Assembly (NCBI GenBank): GCA_963718615.1
Contig: OY970368.1
Coordinates: forward strand, 1,664,001 to 1,728,000
Source of the DNA: an uncultured cyanobacterium
Lineage (GTDB): Bacteria > Cyanobacteriota > Cyanobacteriia > PCC-9006 > JAAUQQ01
Reading direction: 5' to 3'
DNA length: 64,000 bases
Part shown: in pieces, positions 40,030 through 49,971 of the stretch
How positions within the stretch are numbered: the first letter of the stretch is position 1
How the letters are laid out: each line of letters begins with the position of its first letter
Notes under the pieces: generated by a model
The model's database searches: none
What the model saw: the letters and a program-made list of their open reading frames with translations, nothing else
What the model was told of the DNA's origin: nothing
Made by a program: the position numbers and the translations under genes

Positions 40030-41037
40030 ATGAAAACCACAATTCTTACTAAAGTCATGAACATCAAAAAAACTTCCTCTGGTATTGCTTCTGCGCTTGT
40101 AATTTTCAGTAGTGGTATCGGCCTCAGCGTTGTCGCGGCGATCGTTCCTTCTCTAAACTCTCCTGTCCAAGCTCAGACAGCAGGGCAGCCTGTCAGTACT
40201 CTACGCGGCTGTTTTCTCAATGTATCTTTCACGGGGAAGATCGCCTTTAACCCTACAAATATTCGCCAACAACCGAGTACCGGTTCATCGATTGTTGGGA
40301 AATTTACACAAGTGGGACAAGCCGTTAGCTTTTCTGGTATCACAACGGGAAATCCTGTCGCAGATGCTTGGGATGGTCAGCAAGACAACATGTGGTATCG
40401 ACTGGCAGATGGGCGCGGCTGGGTTGCTAGTGCAGTGGTGAGTGGCTATCCGCCTCGCGCCAATTGTATTATTGGTTTGCCCAAGACTACTGATCAAGCA
40501 AATAAATTTTTCAAGATGCAGTTTCGCGATGCAAACTATAATCCGACGGGACCGCTTTCCAGCGCAAATTGTGGCCCTGCAAGTCTAGCTATGGCTTTAG
40601 CCGCTCTAGGTCGTGAACCTTCTGGCCTCAATATTCAACAGAGCATTGATCGCGCAAGTGATTTGATGGGGAGAAATAGAAATGCAAGTTTCTCCAGTTG
40701 GGCACAACTCCAAACTGGTGTTAGAAAAGCAGGAGGAACTCCAGTTGACATTGGAAGTTGGTCCGCCTTAGATCAGTCTCTTTCTCAAGGTAAGCCTGTG
40801 ATTTTAAATGGTTTCTATGCTCAGAACTGGCGGAATCAATTTCCAGCACGCACGGGAAGTGGTACTGTTGCACATCTCAATGCAGTGCTCGGAAAAACAT
40901 CAGATGGTCGGTATATCATAGCTGACCCCATGCACACCGGTGGAACGGTCGCAATGAACCAAGCGCAACTTTCGGTTTTCTTTAGATTAAGTGGTCAAAA
41001 TGGTAATCCTTGGGGAATTGCAGTAACGGGCTTATAA
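40030..41037 (+). CDS. Secreted SH3-like plus papain-fold (C39-like) peptidase
   Basis: Signal peptide ending VQA-Q; NIRQQPST...WYRL..GRGWVAS (SH3b-like); NCGPASLAMAL, AHLNAV, IIADP. Confidence 0.75.
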   Translation: MKTTILTKVMNIKKTSSGIASALVIFSSGIGLSVVAAIVPSLNSPVQAQTAGQPVSTLRGCFLNVSFTGKIAFNPTNIRQQPSTGSSIVGKFTQVGQAVSFSGITTGNPVADAWDGQQDNMWYRLADGRGWVASAVVSGYPPRANCIIGLPKTTDQANKFFKMQFRDANYNPTGPLSSANCGPASLAMALAALGREPSGLNIQQSIDRASDLMGRNRNASFSSWAQLQTGVRKAGGTPVDIGSWSALDQSLSQGKPVILNGFYAQNWRNQFPARTGSGTVAHLNAVLGKTSDGRYIIADPMHTGGTVAMNQAQLSVFFRLSGQNGNPWGIAVTGL

Positions 41038-41133
41038 GCTTTAATCTTCACAGCTATCCGTTAAAGATTACAATCGTACTGAGATAATCTCTTACGATTG
41101 TATCTTTCCCATTCTTTATCCACTAATAAAAAA

Positions 41134-41523
41134 ATGAGAATCAATCAATCCTTCGAAAAAGAGTTAGCTGTTGCAACAATTTCTATTCTCATTCATGGTG
41201 CTTTTATTCCAGTTGCATTGAGTGCCTCAGTAACTACGATTGCAGGAGCAGTGTCTGCTGAGTCGCAAAATGTCCCAGCCTGTTATGTGAAGTTAGCAAA
41301 TGGTGAAATTCGAGATTTGACTAAATTCTGTGGCTTTATCAAGCCTCAAAGCTGCTCAGGTTCACTCGGTTCAGCAAGTCGCGATCTCGTTCTCCCAGAC
41401 TTTTGCAAACAACATAACCGCTGTGTTTTGACCAAAACCTGCAAAGAGACTCCACGGGGAATCTATACCCCACCTCCAGGTACCCCCATGGGTGTCATTC
41501 TTTCCAAATATATCTCTGCTTAA
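41134..41523 (+). CDS. Small Cys-rich secreted hypothetical protein
   Basis: Signal-like N-terminus; CYVKLANGEIRDLTKFC motif typical of cyanobacterial small exported proteins. Confidence 0.6.
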   Translation: MRINQSFEKELAVATISILIHGAFIPVALSASVTTIAGAVSAESQNVPACYVKLANGEIRDLTKFCGFIKPQSCSGSLGSASRDLVLPDFCKQHNRCVLTKTCKETPRGIYTPPPGTPMGVILSKYISA

Positions 41524-41563
41524 TCTGGACTCTTCTTCTTCCTTAGCATCCCCTGACCTCACT

Positions 41564-41649
41564 ATGATCTCCTACATTGCTCCACAGATCACCGCTCCAC
41601 AGCCCATTACTGCAGCCCCCATCTTATCCTCTGCTCAACAACAGCTTAA
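41564..41649 (+). pseudogene. Native 5' end (about 28 codons) of the IS-interrupted pilB/gspE gene
   Basis: MISYIAPQITAPQPITAAPILSSAQQQL joins in frame to KRQKISVKQAL at 43483 once the IS and one copy of the duplication are removed. Confidence 0.8.
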
Positions 41650-43479
41650 CCCGGATATCTCACCAGTGCCGAGGGATCGGGGTCACCAACCAGCGAGAAT
41701 GTAATAACCACAAGACATTCAGCGGTTTGCAAAGATGGCCCCGACCCAAACAGAGTGTAACTTGCCAAGCTACGAGTTTGGACGCCTGAATCAACGCAAG
41801 ATAGTAGCGAACTTTAGCGGTGGTGAGCTCAGCAGTGATGGAGGGCTGCTGCTAATTCGAGAAATCGACCAGCTATATCGAATCAGTGAGCGGCTGTCCG
41901 AGTGCTTTACGGATCACCGCGATGGCAGCCGGGTGCAACATGAATTGAAAACGCTGCTCGGGCAACGGCTTTATGGATTGGTGCAAGGCTACGAGGACGT
42001 GAATGACCATGACGACCTTCGGCATGAGCGATTATTTGGGGTAGTTCTGGGTCAGTTAGAAAGCCAGCATCCGCGCTGTGCACCGTTAGCGGGCAAGAGC
42101 ACCCTCAACCGATTGGAGCAAGCGATGCATGTCCCCCGCGACTTGTCAGATTCGCGCTACGTGAAACTGAGCCTGGACCCGGCTGCCATCGAGGCGCTCT
42201 TGGTGGAGCTATTCATCGAACAACTCGAAGGTGAACCGAAACAAATCATCCTGGACATGGATGTCACCGATGACCCCACCCATGGCACCCAGGAAGGTTC
42301 AGCGTTCAATGGGTATTACCGCCATGACTGCTACACCCCGTTGCTCATCTTCAGTGGTCGCCATTTGTTGAGTGCAAAACTGCGACCGGCCAATGTGGAC
42401 CCCGCAGCGGGAGCGTTAGAAGAACTCCAACGCATCGTGGCTCAGATTCGAGGTCATTGGCCGAAGGTGAAGATTCTGGTGCGCGGCGATAGTGCTTACA
42501 GCCGAGATGACATCATGCTGTGGTGTGAAGGTGAAGCCCAGGTGGACTTTGTTTTTGCCCACAGCAGCAATGAGCGCTTGCGCCAATTGACTTGGGGGTT
42601 AGAACAGCGAGCCAAAGCCGTTTATGAGGCCCAGCGCCAAACGGTTGCTGCCACCTTAGAACCTCTGTTAGAGCAGAGTGCAAGTGAACTAGAGGCTGAA
42701 CTCAACCGCTTGGTTCCGCCCCAGGTTTGGCATCAGTCCTTGAGCTATGCCACGCTTAAATCCTGGAGCTGTGAGCGTCGCGTCATTTGCAAGCTCACCT
42801 ACGATGGCAATGGCCCACGTCGCCATTTCGTTGTCACCTCTTTGACAGCACAGCAGGCCCATCCCGCTCACCTTCACCGCGATTATTACTGTCCGCGAGG
42901 AGAGATGGAAAATCGCATCAAGGAGCATCAGCTTGACCTCTTCAGCGACCGCACCTCCACCCATGACTTTGAAAGCAATCAGCTCAGACTCTGGTTTTCA
43001 TCCTTCGCCTATGTCTTGATGCAGGCCCTGCGCCTCAAGGCACTCGCCAAAACTGAACTCGCTGATGCGACTCTGGGCACCATTCGACGCAAGCTGCTCA
43101 AGCTTGGCGCACAGGTTCGCATCTCTGTCAGGCGCATTCTCGTCGCATTCACTTTCGCTTCGCCCATACAAACCCTCTTTGAAGCGGCAGCACAACAGTT
43201 GCGCAGACGACTCCCTAGGCCAGGATAGACCGATGAGTAGAACTCTAGCCTTTCGCTCCGACTTTAATTCAACGACTCTCCAAGGGTGAGATTACACACC
43301 CTTGCTTTGACCTGCTCAAAATCTGCCTGAAGCCCCATATCTAGAGCACAATGACTACCTTTACAGCATAGACAGCCTGAAAGATGCCTCAGGCATCCTC
43401 TATTGCTCGAGTCAACAGACTGCTCATCTCATTTCGGGCAAGCCTGATACTCTCTATCCGCCCTGGTGAGAAATCCGGG
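41650..43479 (+). mobile_element. IS1380-family insertion sequence (1830 bp)
   Basis: Terminal IRs CCCGGATATCTCACCAG / CTGGTGAGAAATCCGGG (1 mismatch in 17); 5-bp target duplication CTTAA at 41645-41649 and 43480-43484. Confidence 0.93.
41735..43228 (+). CDS. IS1380-family DDE transposase, intact ORF
   Basis: FSGGELSSDGGLLL, GYEDVND, LDMDVTDDP.HG.QE, VRGDS, Y..RGEMENRIKE, NQLRLW. Confidence 0.95.
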   Translation: MAPTQTECNLPSYEFGRLNQRKIVANFSGGELSSDGGLLLIREIDQLYRISERLSECFTDHRDGSRVQHELKTLLGQRLYGLVQGYEDVNDHDDLRHERLFGVVLGQLESQHPRCAPLAGKSTLNRLEQAMHVPRDLSDSRYVKLSLDPAAIEALLVELFIEQLEGEPKQIILDMDVTDDPTHGTQEGSAFNGYYRHDCYTPLLIFSGRHLLSAKLRPANVDPAAGALEELQRIVAQIRGHWPKVKILVRGDSAYSRDDIMLWCEGEAQVDFVFAHSSNERLRQLTWGLEQRAKAVYEAQRQTVAATLEPLLEQSASELEAELNRLVPPQVWHQSLSYATLKSWSCERRVICKLTYDGNGPRRHFVVTSLTAQQAHPAHLHRDYYCPRGEMENRIKEHQLDLFSDRTSTHDFESNQLRLWFSSFAYVLMQALRLKALAKTELADATLGTIRRKLLKLGAQVRISVRRILVAFTFASPIQTLFEAAAQQLRRRLPRPG

Positions 43480-45093
43480 CTTAAGCGTCAGAAAATTTCT
43501 GTCAAACAAGCTCTTAATTTATTGGTTAAGGATGATCGAATTGTAGACCTTCAGCAAGTCGATCGCGATCTATGCAATGACTTCTTTCGTCAATTAGGCG
43601 ATCGCCATAAACTCCCACCTGTCTTACCCCTACTACTTTGGCAAAATTGCTACTACCTAGGTTGCCCGACCCAAGTTTCTGAAGTGGAGCTTCAACATTT
43701 ACAAAACTATCTGAATGCAACAGTGAAAATTGTTGCGATCGACGAACTCAGTTATCGCAAATGGTATCGTCAGTTTAACCTCGATTTTCGAGATCCCAGC
43801 CAAGCTATCATGGTTAATCCATTAACCGGAGAGCTGGACACAGAAAACATTACAGAACTGACAGAATTATCGCTCGCCCAGACTGAAAATCAAATTGAGC
43901 GAGTTCGAGCCATTATCATTTCTGCCCTACGACACCGAGCCAGCGACATCCACCTTGAACCGACAGAGCAGGGACTACGAGTTCGTTATCGGATCGACGG
44001 TATCCTACGTCAGGTAACGACTCTACCCACTGAGGTTAGCCGCAAAGTTATTGTCGCGATCAAGGTCATGTGCGAGATGGATATTGCCGATAGCCGCCGT
44101 CCCCAAGATGGCCGGATGGCTGAAAAATATGCCACTGCTGAACAAAAAGATCAGGGTCTAGACCTACGGGTGAGCACCTTGCCCTGTGTCAGCTTGCCAG
44201 GGGAACAAAGCGAGAAGGTCGTCATGCGGCTCTTGCGCCAGCAGAACAGCTTCAACACAATTGACGATTTGGGTTTTGTTCCCAAGTCTCGCGCTATCTA
44301 CAAACGCTGGCTGTCTCAACCTCAAGGCATGATCATCCTCACCGGCCCCACGGGATCAGGTAAGACGAGCACGCTTTACACAAGTTTGCAGGCGATCGCC
44401 CATGAATCTGTAAATATTGTCACAGTTGAAGACCCGGTAGAATATGTTCTTCCTGGAATTACTCAAACCCAAGTGAACGAATTGGCAGGAATGACCTTTG
44501 CCTCAGGCTTACGGGCAATTCTACGTCAGGATCCAGATGTAATTATGCTGGGAGAAGTACGGGATCATGAGACAGCGGAAACGGCAATTCGAGCAGCTCT
44601 AACAGGTCATTTGGTTCTAACAACATTGCACACAAATGATGCAATCGGTGCTATTCCTCGCCTTAAAGATATCAGTCCTGATGCAGGGTTGGTGAGTGAT
44701 GCACTATTGGGGGTTGTTGCGCAGCGCCTAGTGCGTCGGGTTTGCCCTCATTGTTCAGAGCCCTATCAGCCCACATTCGCAGAGTTGAGATCTCTGGGCT
44801 TAGAAGCAGGGCTCGAAACAACCCATGCTCAAACTTGGCGTAAAGGACGGGGATGCGATCGCTGTTTTCAGTCCGGCTACTTGGGCAGAGAGGCGATCAT
44901 TGAGCTGCTAGATGTAGATGATACTGTTCGAGAAATTATCGCTGATGGCACAACCCCTCAGCTTCAACGCCATCTCCAGGATGCTGGTTTTGTCTCCTTT
45001 CGGCAAGCGGCTATCCAGAAGGTTGCAACAGGGATAACGACCTTAGAAGAAATTCGACGGGTTCTTCCATACAGTGCGCTCAGTCGGCAGTAG
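43480..45093 (+). CDS. pilB: PilB/GspE-family secretion or pilus ATPase, 3' part after the IS (possible IS-derived in-frame ATG at 43384)
   Basis: ASDIHLEP, RYRIDG, PQDGR, Walker A GPTGSGKTS, TVEDPVE, LRQDPD, LHTND, CPHC/CDRC zinc motif. Confidence 0.88.
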   Translation, partial: LKRQKISVKQALNLLVKDDRIVDLQQVDRDLCNDFFRQLGDRHKLPPVLPLLLWQNCYYLGCPTQVSEVELQHLQNYLNATVKIVAIDELSYRKWYRQFNLDFRDPSQAIMVNPLTGELDTENITELTELSLAQTENQIERVRAIIISALRHRASDIHLEPTEQGLRVRYRIDGILRQVTTLPTEVSRKVIVAIKVMCEMDIADSRRPQDGRMAEKYATAEQKDQGLDLRVSTLPCVSLPGEQSEKVVMRLLRQQNSFNTIDDLGFVPKSRAIYKRWLSQPQGMIILTGPTGSGKTSTLYTSLQAIAHESVNIVTVEDPVEYVLPGITQTQVNELAGMTFASGLRAILRQDPDVIMLGEVRDHETAETAIRAALTGHLVLTTLHTNDAIGAIPRLKDISPDAGLVSDALLGVVAQRLVRRVCPHCSEPYQPTFAELRSLGLEAGLETTHAQTWRKGRGCDRCFQSGYLGREAIIELLDVDDTVREIIADGTTPQLQRHLQDAGFVSFRQAAIQKVATGITTLEEIRRVLPYSALSRQ

Positions 45094-45172
45094 GAACTCC
45101 AAAGCCCAGAATCGAAGAAAACCAAGATTCGCAATACGATTCACAACGCGATCCAGAATTGGAGAAAAGACT

Positions 45173-45337
45173 ATGCCACTCATTGCTCTTATGGCTATCC
45201 TGTTTGGAGCTTATCTTGCAGAGCTAAGTATTCCACGGCCTAGCCAGGATAATGCACCCCAGGAAAAAACTGATATCGAAAATCTCGAGGTCGTCCTTAG
45301 AGACTACTTTGCGGCGCAACACCCCCCCAGATTTTGA
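45173..45337 (+). CDS. Small hypothetical protein with N-terminal hydrophobic helix
   Basis: GGAGA RBS plus ATG; MPLIALMAILFGAYLA. Confidence 0.45.
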   Translation: MPLIALMAILFGAYLAELSIPRPSQDNAPQEKTDIENLEVVLRDYFAAQHPPRF

Positions 45338-45435
45338 GTGCTCTGGCATCATCGAGCTATCTAGGCTTTTTCAACAAGCCCTAGCTAGTAGCTAGCGATA
45401 AGTACCTGTGCATGATTAGAGGCTAGACATGACGA

Positions 45436-45476
45436 CCTTAAAGAGCACCTGCTTTCCCCGCAGGTGCTCTTTAAGG
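45436..45476. terminator. Perfect 17-bp stem hairpin
   Basis: CCTTAAAGAGCACCTGC-TTTCCCC-GCAGGTGCTCTTTAAGG. Confidence 0.7.
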
Positions 45477-45681
45477 CGACTTAGAGGAGATTGGCCTTTT
45501 TCTGCAATGCAAATGACCTAAATCACTGTGTAAGACCGCCAAAAACTGACACAACTACCCCTTTGCCTTCTCTTATTGTAGATATATCGAGAGAAAAACA
45601 CTCGAACCAAGCAATTCAACTCAGGGCAAACCCAAGCATCCTCACTGAAATCAGTCTTGCCATTAATTGGAGTTTGTCCCC

Positions 45682-46302
45682 ATGAAATTCAACTACGTCC
45701 TTCAAAGTGTTCTCGCTGGATTTTGCGCTATCATTGCATCACCTCAAATTTCAACGGCCCAAGTCAGCTCAGTTTTTGAGCAACAGGAAATTAACCAAAG
45801 CCGAGTCGCATTGACAGCGACTCCCTATAATGGTGGATACGCTCATCAACTGTCAGTCCTTGAACAAGTTGGTAAGGAAAAAGCCTGTTGGAGTGAGCAG
45901 GGCAATTCTCCGACTGTTATCAATCCACTGCTCTTGAGCTTCGACTTCACTAATATATGTGCTCGTGGAGTGGATGGAAATGGCTACTCTATCCGGATTA
46001 ATGGGGAAGATATGTATCTACACTACACCCCTCGCATTGTTGAAAAAAATGGTGAGCTTCTTCTTATTGGTAAGCCGAATCGTAAAGGAAATGCACCTTT
46101 AGTCATTGCCCGTAGCCATGGTAGTGCCCAGTCTTTTTCTAAATTGATTCTTGAGCCAGGTTGGCGGATTACAAAGCGGGTTTATCAAGGCAAGGTTCTA
46201 GATCATTTTTACCTCACCAATGATCAGCTTTCAACTCGTTCTGTCGGCAAGTCATCTGGTGAAAACACAACCGAGATTGTCAAGTTATCGAATGAGTTTT
46301 AG
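45682..46302 (+). CDS. DUF3747 domain secreted protein
   Basis: Signal peptide; LEQ...CWSE.G..P...PLLL.FDFT.IC.R..D.NGYSIR; L.PGWR. Confidence 0.85.
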   Translation: MKFNYVLQSVLAGFCAIIASPQISTAQVSSVFEQQEINQSRVALTATPYNGGYAHQLSVLEQVGKEKACWSEQGNSPTVINPLLLSFDFTNICARGVDGNGYSIRINGEDMYLHYTPRIVEKNGELLLIGKPNRKGNAPLVIARSHGSAQSFSKLILEPGWRITKRVYQGKVLDHFYLTNDQLSTRSVGKSSGENTTEIVKLSNEF

Positions 46303-46372
46303 CTTGCTTGTCAGAATTATCAAAAAGTGCCTGCATCTACCAATTTTTCTTTATCTATGAGGCTTTAAGATT

Positions 46373-48391
46373 ATGTCAGTCGATTTTGTGGGAAACATCT
46401 TGAACCAAGCGCGCGATCTCGGTCAATTGTCCACAAGTTTTGATTCTCATGCGCGTTCTAATGATATTGAGGCAACAACTAACAATCTAGGTAGTATTGA
46501 CTCAGTACTACAGCAGGCAGTACGACAGTCCTATGAGACGATGGTGCGGTTTGGGCAGCGGGACGATTTTGCAGCTCAGATGGCGGTGGCGTTTGGGGAG
46601 GGCTTTGATAGGGTAGCGGCGGAGCAGTTTTTTGATTCGTTGGGGATGGGGGCTGGGGTGTTGCCTCGGGTGGAGGTGTTGGAGGATAGTGTTTTGGGTG
46701 GGGCGTTTGGGGCCTATGCTCAGGCGACGGATACGGTTTATCTATCGCAGCAGTTTTTGGCGTCGGGGAATGTTGATGCGATTACGGGGGTGCTTTTAGA
46801 GGAGTTTGGGCATGGGATTGATACGCGGGTGAATGCGATCGATGCGGCGGGAGATGAGGGGGATATTTTCTCGCTGATTGTGCGGGGGGAGGCGATCTCT
46901 GAAGAGGTTCTGATTGCTCTGTTAGCGGAAGATGACACAGGTTACACATTTATCAACGGCCACAATCTCAAGCTTGAGTTCCGTACTGGCCAGTCTAATA
47001 CTGATATCAATGGAGATGGAAAAGATGATGCAATCGTTGTTAACGATGCTGGAGTAACAATAAGACGATCGAATGGCTCATCTTTTGGTCCTAATGAAAA
47101 CTGGACTACTAATCCCTACTACGGAAGTAGAGGAACCTATTTTGCGGATGTAACAGGTGATGGCAGGGCTGATGCAGTCGTTGTTAATGATGCTGGAGTG
47201 ACAATAAGACGATCGAATGGCTCATCTTTTGGTCCTAATGAAAACTGGACTACTAATCCCTACTACGGAAGTAGAGGAACCTATTTTGCGGATGTAACAG
47301 GTGATGGCAGGGCTGATGCAGTCGTTGTTAATGATGCTGGAGTGACAATAAGACGATCGAATGGCTCATCTTTTGGTCCTAATGAAAACTGGACTACTAA
47401 TCTCTACTACGGAAGTAGAGGAACCTATTTTGCGGATGTAACAGGTGATGGCAGGGCTGATGCAGTCGTTGTTAATGATGCTGGAGTGACAATAAGACGA
47501 TCGAATGGCTCATCTTTTGGTCCTAATGAAAACTGGACTACTAATCCCTACTACGGAAGTAGAGGAACCTATTTTGCAGATGTAACAGGTGATGGCAGGG
47601 CTGATGCAGTCGTTGTTAATGATGCTGGAGTAACAATAAGACGATCGAATGGCTCATCTTTTGGTCCTAATGAAAACTGGACTACTAATCCCTACTACGG
47701 AGGTAGAGGAACCTATTTTGCGGATGTAACAGGTGATGGCAGGGCTGATGCAGTCGTTGTTAATGATGCTGGAGTGACAATAAGACGATCGAATGGCTCA
47801 TCTTTTGGTCCTAATGAAAACTGGACTACTAATCCCTACTACGGAAGTAGAGGAACGTTTTTTGGGAGTTCATTCTCGGATTTGGCAGGAGGAGGCTTTT
47901 CGCCATTGTTAACACGACAGGATGCAAGCTACTTTCAATCCCGTAGGCAGTTTTATGGGAAAGAAGGAAATCCTTTTGCCGCAAGCGGGCTTGGGTCAAG
48001 TCTTCTAGGTGAAAATAGTTCGGGAATGGAAGGAAACTGTACTTGGTACGTGTATGGTCGTCTCAAAGAACTGGGGTATCGCCCAGAAGATGCTGTTGCC
48101 TCATTGGGTCAGGCTAATGCCAAACAGTGGAGCGCGTTCCAGAACGGTGCTTCAATCGCTACACAACCCCAATCTGGAGATATTGCCCAATGGACTACTG
48201 GAGAATTTGGGCATGTAGCAATTGTCGAAAAAGTGGAAGGTGATTATATCTGGATTTCAGAGTCTAACTGGAGCATAGACAAAGATGGCGATCAAGATGG
48301 TGATGGTAAAACTAATGGTGATGGGACTCTTCACCATATAGTCAAGTATCACAAAAGTGCAGTAAATCGCTTTATTCGCTTGCGGAAATAG
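46373..48391 (+). CDS. Multidomain FG-GAP/VCBS-repeat protein with C-terminal CHAP amidase
   Basis: N-terminal GAYA...LLEEFGH..D...DA.GDEG domain; FADVTGDGRAD repeats; CHAP GNCTWYV...GHVAIVE...ISESNW. Confidence 0.85.
   Translation: MSVDFVGNILNQARDLGQLSTSFDSHARSNDIEATTNNLGSIDSVLQQAVRQSYETMVRFGQRDDFAAQMAVAFGEGFDRVAAEQFFDSLGMGAGVLPRVEVLEDSVLGGAFGAYAQATDTVYLSQQFLASGNVDAITGVLLEEFGHGIDTRVNAIDAAGDEGDIFSLIVRGEAISEEVLIALLAEDDTGYTFINGHNLKLEFRTGQSNTDINGDGKDDAIVVNDAGVTIRRSNGSSFGPNENWTTNPYYGSRGTYFADVTGDGRADAVVVNDAGVTIRRSNGSSFGPNENWTTNPYYGSRGTYFADVTGDGRADAVVVNDAGVTIRRSNGSSFGPNENWTTNLYYGSRGTYFADVTGDGRADAVVVNDAGVTIRRSNGSSFGPNENWTTNPYYGSRGTYFADVTGDGRADAVVVNDAGVTIRRSNGSSFGPNENWTTNPYYGGRGTYFADVTGDGRADAVVVNDAGVTIRRSNGSSFGPNENWTTNPYYGSRGTFFGSSFSDLAGGGFSPLLTRQDASYFQSRRQFYGKEGNPFAASGLGSSLLGENSSGMEGNCTWYVYGRLKELGYRPEDAVASLGQANAKQWSAFQNGASIATQPQSGDIAQWTTGEFGHVAIVEKVEGDYIWISESNWSIDKDGDQDGDGKTNGDGTLHHIVKYHKSAVNRFIRLRK
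47027..47862 (+). repeat. Intragenic tandem array of 144-bp units, about 5.8 copies
   Basis: Units start at 47027, 47171, 47315, 47459, 47603 and 47747; near-identical DNA encoding a 48-aa repeat. Confidence 0.95.
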
Positions 48392-48569
48392 TCTTTATGT
48401 TAGCGGATGTCAGTCGCTCAAAATTCATGGTCTGCTGTCATTCGCTACAGTTTCATCACTCATCTACACCATCATCATTACCTATCCATACAAGATCACC
48501 CCCCGGCGGATGCCATGCCCCCTCAACATCCGCCACCCACTCAACCCCCTCCGGCGAAACCACTTGTCC

Positions 48570-48758
48570 AAGCATCGCCCAAAGCAATCTCTCTTCCACC
48601 CGTTCCGGCAAATTGAACCGCAAAATCTTCACCGTTACCCGCCCCTCCGCCGTAAGCGGCAAAATCTCGCCCTGCTCCAACCGAAAATGCTCTGACCACA
48701 CCTGCACACGAGGATGATAAAAAGGCGTCAAAACTCACGCATCAGAAACATAGCTCAT
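48570..48758 (-). pseudogene. HNH endonuclease remnant (internal deletion plus premature stop)
   Basis: ATG overlapping the upstream TGA gives MSYVSDA* then VLTPFYHPR..W.EHF...PLTAEGRVT..L.FN...R..ER; the CxxC/HNH core is missing. Confidence 0.7.
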
Positions 48759-49108
48759 GCTACCAACTTAAGCTGCCGATAGGCATTCTCCTTCGCCAAT
48801 CTGACCAAATGCTTCAGCCAGAAATAGCGATCCAGCTCCGTTTGCTCATCTTGCGACAAATCCCGCTGCTTCTTCGCCGCCAACAGCTCAGATATCCGTG
48901 ACTGTAACTCTGACGAGGGTCGAGTCGCCAAAATCGTCTTGGGGTCAGGTTGACTTGCCAGCAGGTAGATAATATCCGCCTCCCTATGAAACAGACTGAC
49001 AGCCTCTGACTTCACCTCCAACAAACCCCGCTCCAAGATTTACGGGAGCCTCGCGGCGTGTGGCTTGAGCTGTTCTGCCAAGAATTCAGGGATATCGATA
49101 GTGACTTG
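48755..49108 (-). pseudogene. Small antitoxin-like gene with internal stop
   Basis: QVTIDIPEFLAEQLKPHAARLP*ILERGL...RPS.ELQ.R..ELL...E..ELD.Y...HLVRLAK; TAA at 49040-49042 and no ATG. Confidence 0.65.
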
Positions 49109-49237
49109 TGTGGTTAAGGGGGTGACGATCGCTCCTCAATATCCACCAACCCCACATTCAAAACCCACTCCCGCTTGAACCACAAAGCCTCAACCATTGC
49201 CCGCGCCACTGCCACACCTGTTACTGCTCAACCTCTC

Positions 49238-49873
49238 TCAAAAATCCTCATCCTCATCAACTGGTTCAAACACTTGCTGAGACAACTTATCCCACAATGC
49301 AATCATCTCCGATGTTGCCTGCGCAACCTCTAGTCGCTCCGTCACCAACGCTGGATTTTCCTGAAACTGCGGAAACGTCAACAACAGCATCACAATATCT
49401 CGCCAATCCGTACCCGCTTTCGGTTTCCCCCGCCGCCGATGATAGGCCATCACCTTGTAAGCCAACAGCTCCACCGGAGCCATCACCAAAACCTGCGCAA
49501 TCCGCTCCGACATCGGCAAGGCTTCAACCGCTCTGATATCTACCAAGTGGCGATTGCCCACCTTCTGAATCTGATAAACCCGATAGCCTAGCTTCGTTTT
49601 CACCTCCCGTACCCGCACTGCAATCTGAAATTTCTCATTCAGATGGGCACGGATCTCCTCCGCCAAATCACCCGCTTCCAAAGCTAAAAGATCAATATCC
49701 TGCGTCATTCGAGGCTCATTTACCCAAGCATTCACCGCTTGAGCTCCGAAAATGACGACATCGTTGCGATCGCGCAAAAACTCCAGCACCGCCTCCTGAA
49801 TCATCGCCAGAGGCACTTGCTCACCCATTGCAAACTCCCGAAAGCTTAAAACGCCAGCATTAACCATAAACAC
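49238..49873 (-). CDS. Nucleotidyltransferase-fold protein (AbiEii/MNT-like)
   Basis: IFGAQAV...PRMTQDIDLL, K...KAGTDWRDI. Confidence 0.75.
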   Translation of the reverse strand: MFMVNAGVLSFREFAMGEQVPLAMIQEAVLEFLRDRNDVVIFGAQAVNAWVNEPRMTQDIDLLALEAGDLAEEIRAHLNEKFQIAVRVREVKTKLGYRVYQIQKVGNRHLVDIRAVEALPMSERIAQVLVMAPVELLAYKVMAYHRRRGKPKAGTDWRDIVMLLLTFPQFQENPALVTERLEVAQATSEMIALWDKLSQQVFEPVDEDEDF

Positions 49874-49971
49874 ATTCTAATCGTTCATTCATCCGTGGCC
49901 TATATGGTAACTGCTCCTGGTGTGGGTAGGAGTTAGCGATACCAAGCACAGCATGGCCAACCTCGCATCGA

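Noticed and set aside
43384-43479. ORF-track N-terminus of the PilB protein taken as native
   Set aside because: It lies inside the IS1380 right end; the native start is 41564
47027-47862. Regular repeat array that could be mistaken for CRISPR
   Set aside because: The units are contiguous 144-bp in-frame coding repeats with no unique spacers and no cas genes nearby
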